This document shows positions 47,183 through 60,047 of a DNA stretch of 64,000 nucleotides, one piece after another. Position numbers and translations under genes: made by a program. Source of the DNA: Vicugna vicugna (Eukaryota); the NCBI GenBank assembly GCA_013265495.1, contig MU058252.1:964244-1028243 (forward strand). Direction: 5' to 3'. The notes under the pieces were generated by a model. That model was not told the DNA's origin. It did no database searches and saw nothing but the letters and a program-made list of their open reading frames with translations. Position 1 is the stretch's first letter, and every line of letters begins with the position of its first letter.

Positions 47183-49200
47183 TCCGAATAATAAGGACAC
47201 AAATGAACTAATCATTATTTTGATTTCTTGAATATGTGTAAGCACATCTGACTGTCCTTTGTGATTGGATTACCGCATTCTATTGATTTTTACTTTGTAG
47301 TTGGCTTTATTCCTTTGATAACTAAGTTTAAAAAGCTAAAGATCTAATCTCTTCTTAGAAACAATAATTAGTACATATGTGTAAACTAAAAAAAGTGCAG
47401 TATACTGTATATATGTATTGACATGTAATATAATGTATATGTGCAGTCGAACTGTAGTAAGAAAAATGAAGAATCTGAAAAAGAAAACATAATATATGTG
47501 TATATATATAGCTGAATCACTATGCTGTACACCAGAAACTAAGACAACATTGTAAGTCAACTATACTTCAGTTAAAAAAAGTGGGCGATAATACTAAATG
47601 TTCAGGTGCCAGGAAGACACCTGGAAAGAATCAGAGCTTGAGAAGGAAGACCCACGGCACAGGGACCTAGACCAGGGTTACAAAGGCTGGAGCTGGGGTG
47701 TTGGAGGCTCATTTCATTGAGTTCCTTTCCCAGGAGCCGGGAGGCGTCATGGGACTTGAAAGGACTGGGATGGGTAAGACCAGCGTTCTAGGTTCAGGTG
47801 TTTGCCAGCGTTGTTGCTGTTTGATAGGCAGGGTTTTTTTCATTTTCAATCTTTTTTAAATCTTTGCTTTAAGAACATTTATCAAAGTAATGCATATATA
47901 TATATAAAAATAAAATTAAAAAAATCTTAAAAGAAGGCTAGCAGGCCCTGCCCAACTCCCACCCTAACTCCCAGTTCAACTCCCTAAAAGCAATAGACTC
48001 TTTCATCTGTTTCTTATGACAGTGACCTTGACATTCTAAATAATATTTTCAGACTTCTGTTTTTTGGCTTATTTATATTATACAACAACTTAAATTTTCT
48101 TACATGGCTCTTTTTTTTTTAAGCTTATTTTCCCAATAAATCTATGATTTTGGTGGGGGGATAATACAGTTATCAGGGCTTACATCTTCATCACTCTATA
48201 AATACCATTCCTTAATTTTTACATCTACCTATACGTCCCCACCCCAAACAGTCCATCAAATCTGATATTCTTTTGACTTCTCTCCTTTGTGGGGTGGGAG
48301 TGGAGCATCCACAACTCAAGGCCAGCCTCCCCTCGCATCTCTGAGCCCCTGCACAGCTGTCCTCTGAGACTTCTCTGCCTCTCTCCTGGGTTGAATCCCC
48401 TCTCCTGGGTCCTTGTCTTCTTGGTTTACTCTTGGTTTTGTTGGCGTTTACACATTTACAATCCACATATAGTGTCCCAAAAAAGAATACAAATACATGT
48501 AATTTTTTGAGTCCTTTACAGACCTGAAAACACCTTCATTCCATGCTCATGCGTTAATAAGTTTTGAGGAGGTATAGACTTCAAGGTGAAATACTGTTTA
48601 ACTTAGAATTTTGAAGCCATTTGTCTGAAGTCTTACAGAACCTAGTGTTGCTGCTGAGGAATTTGATCTCTTCCTTCTTTACTTGTCAACTGTTTCTCCT
48701 GCCTCTGGAAGCTTTTAGGATCCTTTACATTCATTGCATTGGCTGTTCTGGGAGAAATGTTTGTATTATTTGATAATCGCCTCCCACCCCGCCCCTGCCC
48801 TGTTTCTCTCTGACCGTCATTTGGAACCCTTTTTACAGTTGGATGGTAAACCTCTTAGAATGAAATAGCACCTCTCTCGTTCTTAGGTTTTCCCTCCCTC
48901 TTTCATTTTGTTGTGCTTTCCAGAGTATTCCTTTCATGCTATTTTCCAACCTTCTAATGATTTTTAATTTTAGCAGTCATGTTTTAGGTTTCAGCAGCCT
49001 CTTTTTGTTTTCTAAGTGTTCCTCTTTCAAGCCTGCTCCTCTGGTTTTGTGGATGTCTTGTCTTCTTACCTGTCTCTGAACAGTCAAAATCAGTGTTTTG
49101 ATTTTTTGAAAGCTCTCACTAGCGGTTCCCCTTTTCTGGTTCTATTTGTATTTTCTTTCTTTCTAGAGGCTCCTCAGGTGCCTCTGTCAATCTTTGGCAT

Positions 49201-49569
49201 TTATATTAGTTTGCCAGGGTGGCCATAACAAAATCCCACAGACTGGGTGGGACACTTATTTTCTCACAGTCCGGAGCCTGGACATCCGAGGTCAAGGCGT
49301 CAGCAGGTTTGGTGTCTTCTGAGGCCTCCCTCCTTGGCTCACAGACGGCCACCTCCTCACTGTGTCCTCACATGGCCTCTCCTCTGTGCGTGTGCCCCAG
49401 TGTCTCTTCCTCTTTTAGAAGAACACCAGTCCTGTTGGATCAGGGCCCACCCTAATGGCCTCATTAAAACATAATAACATCTTTAAAGACCCCATCTCCA
49501 AGTACAGTCACGTTAGGAGTGAGGACTTCAACATACAAATTTCGGGGGCCACAATTCAGCCTGTAAGAG
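49201..49569 (-). mobile_element. MLT1B-like LTR
   Basis: gccataacaaaatcccacagactgggtgg...ggatcagggcccaccctaatggcctc. Confidence 0.85.
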
Positions 49570-51447
49570 ATTCCATCCCAGTTGAAAAGCAGGCACTAGC
49601 CTGCTGATGGGGCCCCTGGGTGTTCTGCTTCCCCACGACCGGTGTCCTGTCTAAGTGTTGACACGTGGAGAGCTGGCTGTTTTGCTGGCCCCCCGCTTCC
49701 CCTGCACAGAGGGCTTCTCTCTGGGGGCCTGTGTTCCCAGCACAGAGTAATTCTCCCTTCTCCCACCTCAGGTAGAGCAGCTTGGCTGCCAGGTCCTGTG
49801 TGTGAGGCAGGACAGAGGCCGAGGGATTCAAACAGTCCATGTCCAGGTGCCCCCCCTCCCGATTCTCTGCCACCTCAGCCCCAAGATTTCCTCGTTTCTC
49901 CAGAGAAGACATTGCCGGGCTCCTTCTGACTTTTCTGTGCAGGGAAGGGTGTCGAGAGCTGCCTGCTGTGCATGTAAGCTTGGAGCCTTTCCCAAAGCCT
50001 CCCCACATAGCCCCTGACGGGCCTGGGCCTCCCAGCCCTGAGCTGCCCTGGGGTCTGCTGGCCTCAGAGTCCTGTCACCACACACCTGGAGTTGTGACTT
50101 GCTCTGTCCTCCCGAGTCGGTCACACGTCCAGTAGCATTCTGTCTTCCAAACCTATGATGAAAACTCACATGCACTGTTCCCCTGACCACTCTTTTCCTG
50201 GAAGAGTGTTCAGCTTTATTGTTTTCATGCTTGAGTCAAGAGGGAGAAGAGATGGACGCATATATTCAACCAACCATCTTTGCAGGAAGCCTCTCAAGAG
50301 TTTCTTTTTTTTTTTTTGATAAATTATGAAATATTTCAAACGTAAGGGAAATATACAAAAAGATACCAGGAACACGCTGCGTACACATCACCAAGCTTCA
50401 GCAGACCTCATCATTTCACCATATTTTTTCAGAGCTTTCCTAAAAGTAAGCATTAAGGACACAGTGGGAGCTCTTTCTTCTCCTCCCCCGGCCCTCCCAC
50501 ATGGAGACGATCACTGTGGTGACTCTGCGTAGCCCATTCACAGACGAGCACCATCGTGACTCTGTTTAGATCATTCACAAGCATGGCCCCCCCACCCCCA
50601 GCATTTGCTACCTTCAGGTGTGTCCACAAACCATTGTCCTGCTTTTCCTGTTTTCCAAATTTATGTCGGTAGCATCAAACACTACTTGATTTTTTGCACA
50701 ACATTGTATTTTCTAGATTTTATGATATTAATACATGTCCCTCCAGTGGATTTGTTTCCAGTGTTGAACGAGGAGCCTCAGTTTATCAGTTCTTTTATTG
50801 AGGGAAACTTAAGTTGTGTCCAGTTTCTATTACAAATGTGACTGCAGTCAGTGTCTGCCGACGGGGGTCTCGTCAGGGTGTGTTCCCGGGGATGGGACCG
50901 TTCCGGCAGACCCATGGCTAGACTCAGCGAGACTGGACGTTGCAGAATGGTTGTGCCATTGCACGGCCCCATCAGCGGGGGACCACACTTTTATTGCCCG
51001 CTTTCTTTCCAGCATGTGACATTGTATGTTTTTTACATTTCTAACAGTCTGATCAGTGTCAAAGCAGCTTTTTAAAATGAAGACCTGTGCTGTCACTCCC
51101 AGAAGCGTGTATGAGGGATGAGTAAGCCTTCTTTTGCATTATTGCCTGTAGCTTTAACTCAAGAGTATGGGTAAGGACTGAAGTGATATATTATGTTATA
51201 CATTTTGATGTTAAGTAATCTTATGACTATCAGGTTTAAGAGTTTTTGCTAAAATTCTTAAAAGGATACACTTTATCAAAGTACATAATAAGCACTGATA
51301 CCAAATAATTCTGTTTTTCAAACACTGAAGATTGAATTTAAGCCAGGTAGATGATCTACAAACCATCGGAATATCTAATACAGCTTCTCTTAACTCCTTT
51401 TGGTTTAGGAAATATTTAAATGGACCTCCAAAAATGCTAGGTTTACA

Positions 51448-51715
51448 ATGAGAAATGTTATAATTAAATGTTTACTCTGTGGATCCTTTACATTTGGCAT
51501 CTGGACAGCTGTCTTTACTATATATTTTCGCAATAATCATGTGGGGAACCAGGAGAAGATACCCCTGAAGAAAGAAGATCCATTTATTTGGTCCCTTGGA
51601 GAAAAATTGCAAGAGCAAACCTTCCAAGGCTCAGAGCAAATACCAAGACCACATGTAAGCACTGGCAGTTCTAGTAAAGATGAAATTAAAGAACAGAAGC
51701 CAATTTTGAAACTAC
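51448..51715 (+). CDS. GALNTL5: Polypeptide N-acetylgalactosaminyltransferase-like 5, first coding exon (exon starts at 51409)
   Basis: MRNVIIKCLLCGSFTFGIWTAVFTIYF...GSEQIPRPHV matches the GALNTL5 N-terminus and TM anchor; acceptor tttag at 51408; donor gtaagt, phase 1. Confidence 0.95.
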
Positions 51716-52139
51716 GTAAGTATTTTTACTTCCTCTGCTAGCCACTTTGAGGGGAAAATATGCCATAAATTTAACATTTGGAAGAGTAAGAGAATGTTCT
51801 TTTCAGAGCAATTCAATTTTAAGTTATGAAATATTTCACATATATATGTGTGTATATACAAACAGAGAAAATAACAAAACAGGCTTATATTTACCACCTA
51901 AATTTAACAATTTTTATGTAGTTTGCTGTTTTTCAAAGAAATAAATTTTAATGGGTACAGTAAAAACTTCACCCTCATTCCCTGCCCCCCCCCGGAGGTG
52001 GTAGTTAACCTGAGTTGATGGATATCTGCCTCATTCCCTTTATGTGTTTTCTTTAAGCAAAATGTATTATGTACTTTAACGTATTTGTAGATACTCTGCA
52101 ATGAACTGCAGTGCTGCCATGAATATGAATGTGCAGCTC

Positions 52140-55100
52140 TCTGCACAAACACACTTCGTTCCTCTTTGGCAAATACCTAGGTATGGGGTTGCTGGGTCAC
52201 GTGGTAGGTGAATGCTTAATTTTAAAGAAAATGACAAACCCTCTTCCAAAGTAAGGGTGACACTTTATATTCCCTTCAGTAGTGTATGAGAATTCCATTT
52301 TCTCCAGATCTTGGCCAACACTTAACATGGTCAGATTTTTAGATTTTAGCCATTTCAGTGGATGAGTAATGGTGTCATTGTGGCCTTAATTTGCATTTCC
52401 CACTGACTAAGGACTTGGCGCACCTTTTCATGTGCTTACTGGCCACACATCCCTCTTCTTTTGTAGTCTTTTGTCCATTTTTCAATTGGGATATTTGTCT
52501 TCTGATTTCTAAGACTTTTAAAATATATTTTGGGTTCAAATCCTTTGGTATGTGAGTTGCAGTATTTCCCACAAGTCTGTACCTTGTCTTTTCATTCTTT
52601 TTTTAAAATTGTGATATAACTGATATATAACATTGTATTCATTGTAGGCATACAACACAATGATTTTATACATGTACATATTGCAAAATGGTTACCACAA
52701 TAAGTTTAATTAACATCCATCATCACACGTAGTTAATTTTTTTTCTTGTGACGAGAACTTTTAAGATCTACTCTCTTAGCAGCTTTCAAGTATATCATAC
52801 AGGATGCTAACTAAGTCTTCATGCTATACATTTTCATTCTCTTTTGAATGGTTTCATTCACGAAGCAAAATTTTAAATTTTGGTGGTCAATTTATCATGC
52901 TTTCTTGTATGATTCATGTTTTTTACGGTTTATCTAAGAAAGCTTTGCCTACCTCAAGTTCACAAATATTTCCTTCTATGTTTTCTTTTAGAAATTTTAA
53001 GGTTTTTGGTTTTACATTAACTTCAGTTTAAGTTAATTTCTGTGATACTGGGAGGTGACAATGTTCATTTTTTCCATGTGGATCCAACAGCATTTGTGGA
53101 AAGACTTTCCTTGTCCTGTCTTGGCCCCTTTGTCAAAAATCAGTTGACAGTTTGTTTTTTTTTTTTGGATCTATTTCTGAACTCTATTCTTTTTCTTTTT
53201 AAAAATTGTTTTGGTTATTCTAGGTCTTTCGCCTGTTCCTGTATATTTTAGAAAGAGCTTGTCAATTTCTACAAAAAGCCTACTGGTATTTCAAATGAAA
53301 TTGCATTAAGTCTATAGGAATAACGGAATTAGAACTGCATTGAGTCTATAGTCAATTTGGAGAGAGTTAATATCTTAATAATATTGCTTTAGCTGCATCC
53401 CACTTATTTTAGTATATTGAATTTTCATTTTCATTCCGTTCTACATATTTTTCTATCCTCTTTGAGACTTTCTTCTTGGATTATTTGGAAATAGACTGTT
53501 TAATTTCCAAGTATTTTGAATAATTTTCTGTCTTTTAGAATTGACATCCAGTTGGATTCCATTAGAGTCACACAATATACTCTATGATTTTGATTCTTTT
53601 AGGTTTTTTTGAGAGTTGTTGTATGATCCAGGATATGGTCTACTTTGGGGAATGCTCCATGGACCCTTGAAAAAAATGTGCTGTTCCGGTATTGGTAGGT
53701 GGAGTGTTTTATATATGTCGTCTCAGTTAGATCTGGTTGGTCGATTCTTCCACATCTTGCTGAGTTTTTGCTAGTAGTTCTGACAGTTGCTAAGAGTATT
53801 TGTTCTTTTTTTTGGTGGGGGGAGGTAATTAGGTTTACTTATTTGTTTGTTTATTATTTTTTTGATGGAGGCACTGGGGATTGAACCCAGGACTTGTGCA
53901 TGCCAAGCATGCACTCTACCCCTAAGCTGTACCCACACCCCGACTAAGAGTACATATTGAAGATCCCAACTACAATTGTCTGTTTCTCCTTTGAACTCTA
54001 TTGGGTTTTGTTTCATGTATTTTGAGACTTTTTCGGTGTTTTCTTTTTAGGTTCTTTATGTGTTATTGGTAGATTGGTCCTTTTATCATTGTACACTGTC
54101 CCTCTTTGTCTCTAGTAATTTTCTATGTTCTGAAGTCTATTTTATCTATTAATATAGCCAGTCCTGCTTTTGAAATCATTTGCAAGATGTAACTTTTTCT
54201 GTCCTTTCACTTGCAGTCCACCTACATCACACTGAAGTAAGTTTCCTGTAGACAGCATATCGTTAGAACATATTTTTTAATGCACTCTGCCAATCTCTGT
54301 CTTTAACTGGTATATTTAGATCATTTGCATTTAATATAATTATTGATATGTTAAGGTTTAAGCCAGCCATTTTATTGTTTGTTTTTTGTTTGTTTCTTCT
54401 GGTTTCTCATTCTCCTTTCTCTTTTCTTACCTTCCTGTGGTTCATTGAGTATGTTTTAGAATCCCGTCTTGACTTACTTATAGCGCTCTTTTAATATACA
54501 GCTTTGTGTAGTTTTATTCGTGGTTGCTCTAGGTATTGCATGATGCATATGTAAGTTATTGATATCTCCCTGAATCTGTGTTTTGCCACTTCAAGTAGAG
54601 TATAAAAAGCAAAGTCCTTTAGCAGCCTCAATTAAAAAATATAATTATCTTCAGTATCTCCTCTACATACGTTGAGTACCACATCAGATGGTGTTATAAT
54701 TTTTGCCTCAGCCACCAAATAAGGTTTAAGAAACTCATGAGAAAGAAAGTCTGTTATATTTTTTTAACCCATTTTGATGTTCTTTTTTCTTTTTTGAGGT
54801 TGCAACTCTTCTGTTGTGAGTTCTTTTGTTTCAAGTACTTTCTTTTTTGATTCTTTGAGGATGGGTTTGCTAGTCACAAAGTCTTAGTTTTTCTTCATCT
54901 GAGCATATCTTTATTTTCTTCCTAATTCCCAAAGGATATTTTTTGCTGATACAGAATTTGCCATTGACAGTTCTTTTTATCAGCGCTCGAAAATGTCTTC
55001 CCACTTCCTTCTTTCCTCCAAGACTTCAGAGGAGAAGTCCACAGGTATTCGGATCATTCCTCCGGAGTACTGCGTCCTTTCTCTCTGCAGCTTTCAAGAC

Positions 55101-56700
55101 TTGTTTGTTGTCTTGAGTTTTCAGAAGTCTAACTGATGTAACATGGATTTCTTTGATTTATCCAACCTGGGGGTTTGCTCAGCCTCCTAAATCTGTCGAT
55201 GTCTATCTTTCACCAAATTTGTGAACTTTTCGACTATTATGTCTCAGAGTACTTCTTCCTTCCTCACTTTCTCTCCTATCCCTTTGGGACTCCAATAATA
55301 CACACATTAGCTCTTTTCTGTTACAGGTACCCGAGACTTCATTTTTTTCAGTCTATTTTCTCTGATGCTTGGATTAGGTGGTTTCTGTTGTCACTGTTCT
55401 ACTAATAAGCCCGGCTAGTGAGTGTTTATTAGATTGTTTTTAGTCCTGTAATTTCCATTTGGTTCTGTTGTTGTTGTTATTGTTGTTGTTGTTGTTTTTG
55501 TTTTTGTAAGTTCTATTCTTTTCCATTTGTTTCTGGGCATTTTTATGATGGGTGTTTCAACATCCAGGTCAGATCACTCTGACCTCTGATTCATCTTGTA
55601 TTGGCATCTGTTGTCTTTTTTCTTTCAATTTGAGATCTCCCAGGCTCTTGGAATGACAAATGATTTTCAATCATATCTTGGGCATTTGGGCTATGATGAA
55701 ACTCTGGGTCCTATTTAAGCTTCTCTGTTAAGCCGACTCCTGTTGAGATGCAGCACGAGGGCCAGGTGGGTGGTATGTTTGCTTCTTGCTGGACCCGCTG
55801 ACTCCCGCACCGGCAATGGTGGAGCATGTACATGCCTCACTGTGGATGGCGGAGGGGAACTTCAGCAGCCCCTTTGGTGAAACGGGGCACTGACTTGCAT
55901 AGCATTGTTGTCTCTGAGTTCAGCTCCCCAGGGTAGCTCTCTGACACCAGGGTTAGGAGATGGGGCAAGCAGGGTATCAGCTATCCTGCTTTGTACCCCC
56001 TGCTGCCTGTGGAGGTGGAGGTTCAGCTCTCCTCTGGGCCCCCAGGATATGAGGGGCAGGGTGCATGGAGTAGTGACAAGCCCCACCTTGCACCACTGTT
56101 TAAGCCTTGTAGCTGCCAGGTGGGGTTGGAGGCTCAGCACACCCCTAGCAGGACACTACCTTAAGGAGAATCGGAGTACCACTGGCTTCCACCAGGCAGG
56201 GTTATGGAAGACCACCTCCCTGCTCAGCCCACCCACACCAGCCAGACAGGTAATCAGAACACTGCCTTCTTCTGCCAGGAATGGGGATGGAAGGGTCGGA
56301 TTTTCCTCAGCCCCACTGACACCACTGGTGGGGAGAGGAGCATGGCCTCTTGTTCCCTGCTCTCCCCACTGAAACCACAGGGGCGGTGTTCTTCTCCCAC
56401 TGGTGCTTGATTGGATGAGAGTAGGTGCTCCCAAAAGTTTTCCGTGGCTAGGCGTCCTTTTTCCTGACACTGTAGCTAAGGGGAGCAGGCTTATCTTGGA
56501 GCGTGTTTGTCTGTGTCTACTAGTGGTTCCACTTGGAGGCTGCTGGGATTTACGGGAGGCAACAAAAAAAACAGGAGCTAAACTTCGTCCCATTCAGAGG
56601 CTCCTAAGCAATCTGCCTCCTTACATCCACCTTTCAGAGCTCTCCCTATGCTTATCTGCTGCATTAGGCCAAGGATTTTTTAGGTGTAAGAAAGAGGACC
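52140..56700 (-). mobile_element. Old L1 fragments, intronic, with nested younger elements
   Basis: Antisense L1 ORF2/ORF1-like and 5'-like sequence. Confidence 0.75.
53799..53941 (-). mobile_element. Camelid SINE
   Basis: TSD ctaagagta. Confidence 0.9.
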
Positions 56701-57643
56701 TAGGGGCTACTGCTTTTTGATGAGAATCTTCTTTGTATATAGTATAAACTTTATCTCAACTTTGGAAAACACTACTTTGGCATTGGAAAAGAAAGTTTAT
56801 TCTCTCAAAAGCAAAGCACAATAAAAATCGACTAAGAAAACTAATTGCAGTATTCAAGTTTTTTCTAACTTTTTCTCTGATTCAGAGTTGTTCTTAACAT
56901 ATCCCATTACTCTTTGTTTGTGACAACATATATTGATATTTCTAATAACTTTTCTTGAAGTATTTTGTTGCAGCATTATTTGATGTCTACAAGCTTATTA
57001 CTATTAAATCTTTATTGTGATTTATTGTGACTATAAAATGACTTTCTGGATTGCCCTTCAAATGAATTCTGTATTTTTGAAAATACTTTGATTCCTATAT
57101 TCTTTGGCCGTTCTTTCACTTTTAACCATTTTAGTTAATCTTACTTATCTTTTATGGTTACATTTTGGTTTTTTATTACCACCTAAGAGTTTTTATCTTT
57201 TAATGGGAAATTTATGCCAACTTCATTTATTGTTATGACTGATATGTTTGGGTTGTCCTCTGTCATCTTGTTTTATTCTCTCAAACAGAATTTTAAGAGA
57301 GGAGTTTCAGTTCCCATTCTCCCACTTCTCCTAAATCCCTCAGTTAAAATAATTTCACACAACAGTTGTGAATCATGATGAGACCAAGGGGGCTGAGGAC
57401 TTCCTTCCCCAGAGAGACTGCATGACTGAAGAATAGCTCCTTGTTCACACTTTTCTAAGGAATCTGCTCTGATTTGTGTGAATACTTTGATTTTTAACTT
57501 TGTGATCTGGGAGTAGTTTAGGTTCCAAGAAAAGTACTCTGACATGTTATAAAAGGAGTATATTCAGGATATAGTTGTTATTGTCCTTTATCAAAGTGAT
57601 GGCAGTAAACCTCTACTTATGTGACTAATACCTTTTCTTGCAG

Positions 57644-57764
57644 GTGACGATTTTAACTATTTGGACCCAGAACTTTTTCATGGATTTTTAAAATATGGAT
57701 TAAATTCCATTATCAGTAAAAGATTGGGCAGCTACAGAGATGTGCCAGATACCAGGGATAAACT
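57644..57764 (+). CDS. GALNTL5: GALNTL5 coding exon 2 (121 nt)
   Basis: DDFNYLDPELFHGFLKYGLNSIISKRLGSYRDVPDTRDK; ttgcag| and |gtatgt; phases join both neighbouring exons. Confidence 0.96.
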
Positions 57765-57829
57765 GTATGTTCCTCCTGATACGTTTTTATTGACATATAA
57801 CGTGTTGGTTTCAGGTATACAGTGTAACA

Positions 57830-58375
57830 ATCTGCACTTTCACTTCTTCCTTTCCAATCTGGATGCTTCTCTCTTTCTTAACTTTTCACACTGGCTAAAA
57901 CCTCTAATACAGTGTTGAATAGAAGGGGTGAAATTGGAAAACCTTGTTGTGTTCTTGATCCTTAGACACAGTTTTCCACAGTAAGTATGGTGTTCTCTTA
58001 AGGCTTTTCATAGATGTTCTTTCTCATGTTGAGGAAATTCTCTTGTATTCCCAGTTTGCTGAGAGGTTTCATCAGGTGGATGTTGAATTTTGTCATACCC
58101 CTTTCTGTGTAGATTGAGATGTGTGTATCTTTAGTTTGTGAAGGTGGTAAATTATGTCGATTTTCTAACGTTAAACTGAGCTTGTATTTCTGGGATATCC
58201 CCCCACGTGGCCATGATGCATTATCCTTTTTATATGTTGTTGAATTTCATTTGCTGAAATTGTGTTTGGAATTTTATATCAGTGTTCGTGAAGGCAACTG
58301 CTCTGTATTTGTCTTTAACTTCCTTGCCTGGTTTTGTTTTCAGAGCCATGTTGTCTCTGTAGAATGAGTTGGGAA
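57830..58375 (-). mobile_element. L1 ORF2 fragment
   Basis: ctaatacagtgttgaatagaagg...tattcccagtttgctgagag. Confidence 0.8.
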
Positions 58376-58381
58376 TTATTC

Positions 58382-58533
58382 TTTTTAAAAATTTTTTAAA
58401 ATTTTTTGTTAAGGGAGGAGGTAATTAGGTTATTTATTTATTTATTTATTTATTCAATAGAAGCACTGGGGATTGAACCCAGGACCCTGTGCATGCTAAG
58501 CACACATTCTACCACTGAGCTATACCCTCCCAC
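58382..58533 (-). mobile_element. Camelid SINE
   Basis: TSD ggaattattctttt / ggacttattctttt. Confidence 0.92.
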
Positions 58534-58705
58534 CCTAGGACTTATTCTTTTAGAGTTTAATTTTTAATGTTTGTGGTTGACTTCCACTAAGTACTTTTTG
58601 ATTACAATGAAGACATTTCTTTCAATTCTTTCACTTGAGGTTTTCTCCCTTATTTATTTTATTAACATTCATTTTCCTTTCCTTTCTTTGAAAACATTCT
58701 TCTCT

Positions 58706-58822
58706 GGGGGGAGGGTACAGCTCAGTGGTAGAGTACACGCCTAGCGTGCACAAGGTCCTGGGTTCAATTGCTAGCATTAAACATGAATAAATAAATACAT
58801 CTCATTACCTTTCCCCTCAAAA
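58706..58822 (+). mobile_element. Camelid SINE
   Basis: Head plus tail; TSD-like ttcttctc on both sides. Confidence 0.88.
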
Positions 58823-59789
58823 ATATTTCTTCTCATGGGTGTATCACATACCAGAGGGTTCCTGCCAAACAACAGAATTGCTCTGTTGGTAGCAAAGCCC
58901 GCTTTCGGCATGGCAGTGACTGGCCAAACCTGCATCAGATGGCATTGGGTTTATTTTGATTTGGGATTTTATTTTAATCAGAAAAGACAACTGAATTCTA
59001 TCAAATAATTTCTTAGCATGAGTATTATGGCTTCCTCCTTCAAATTATTGTTAACTTCATTTCAGCAAAACATAACCCAAAATTAAAATTATTTTATTAA
59101 TTGGAATTTAACTGTTTTAGCTGTATTTCACTATTTTTCACTGTCTGTCATAGCTATATAAAAGCTTATAAACACAAGAAGATTCTGCTTAATTTTGTTT
59201 GTATAAACGTATGTAGGAAACATTAAAGTAATTAAAGTCAACTCTGCAGGCTGATGGCTTATTTTCCCTTGGGTCTATGCACAACTCAAGTTTAAGAAAT
59301 CCTGTCTTATGTTTTTCTTCTTTGAGTTACCATCTTCAGATTTTAATATCAAATTTATTCTAGCTTCATAAAATGAATTTGGATGTTTTCCCTCCATCTC
59401 TATGCTCTAAAATCGTTGAAATAATATCATTATTTCTTATGTTAAACTACAACTTGTCTGGTAATTATGAATCATTGCTCCATTTTCTGGTGTCAGCCAG
59501 TGAAAAAATTTTAGTTTCTACTACAGTCGGTTATTGTTCTGCTCAGACTTTCTATTTCTAGGGTCTATTCGGGACACTCTATTTTAATAAGAATCTGTTT
59601 CATCTATTTTCGAATTTATTGGCTTAAAGTCACACATCCTGTTTTCATACTTTTTATCTCTTCCTGTAATATACCTTGTTTCACGTTCTTACTGTTGTAC
59701 ATTTTTCTTCTTTCATCAGCTTGAGAGGGGTTGGTCTATATTAGTCACCTTTCAGAAAACCAACTTTGGTTGGTTCCATTTAGGGCTGT

Positions 59790-60047
59790 AAGTTCCAGGC
59801 CCCTCTCCTTGGCTTGTAGACGGCCGTTCTCTCCCTGTGTCTCTTCATACCACTCTGTGTCTGTCTCTGTGTCCTGATGTCCCCTTTTTGTAAGGACCCC
59901 AGTCTTACTAGACAAGCCACCCTAGTGACATCTCACTCATTACATCTACCATCCATTTCCAAATAAGGTCACATTCTGAGGTCCTGGTGGTTGGGACTCC
60001 AACATATGAAATCTGGGGGCAGGAGGACACAATTGAACCCATAATAG
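59790..60047 (-). mobile_element. MLT1 (B/C-like) fragment
   Basis: tttccaaataaggtcacattctgagg...gacacaattgaacccataa. Confidence 0.75.

Noticed and set aside
15353..58822. tRNA genes
   Set aside because: The tRNA-like heads are diverged and nearly all carry SINE tails and TSDs; they are SINEs.
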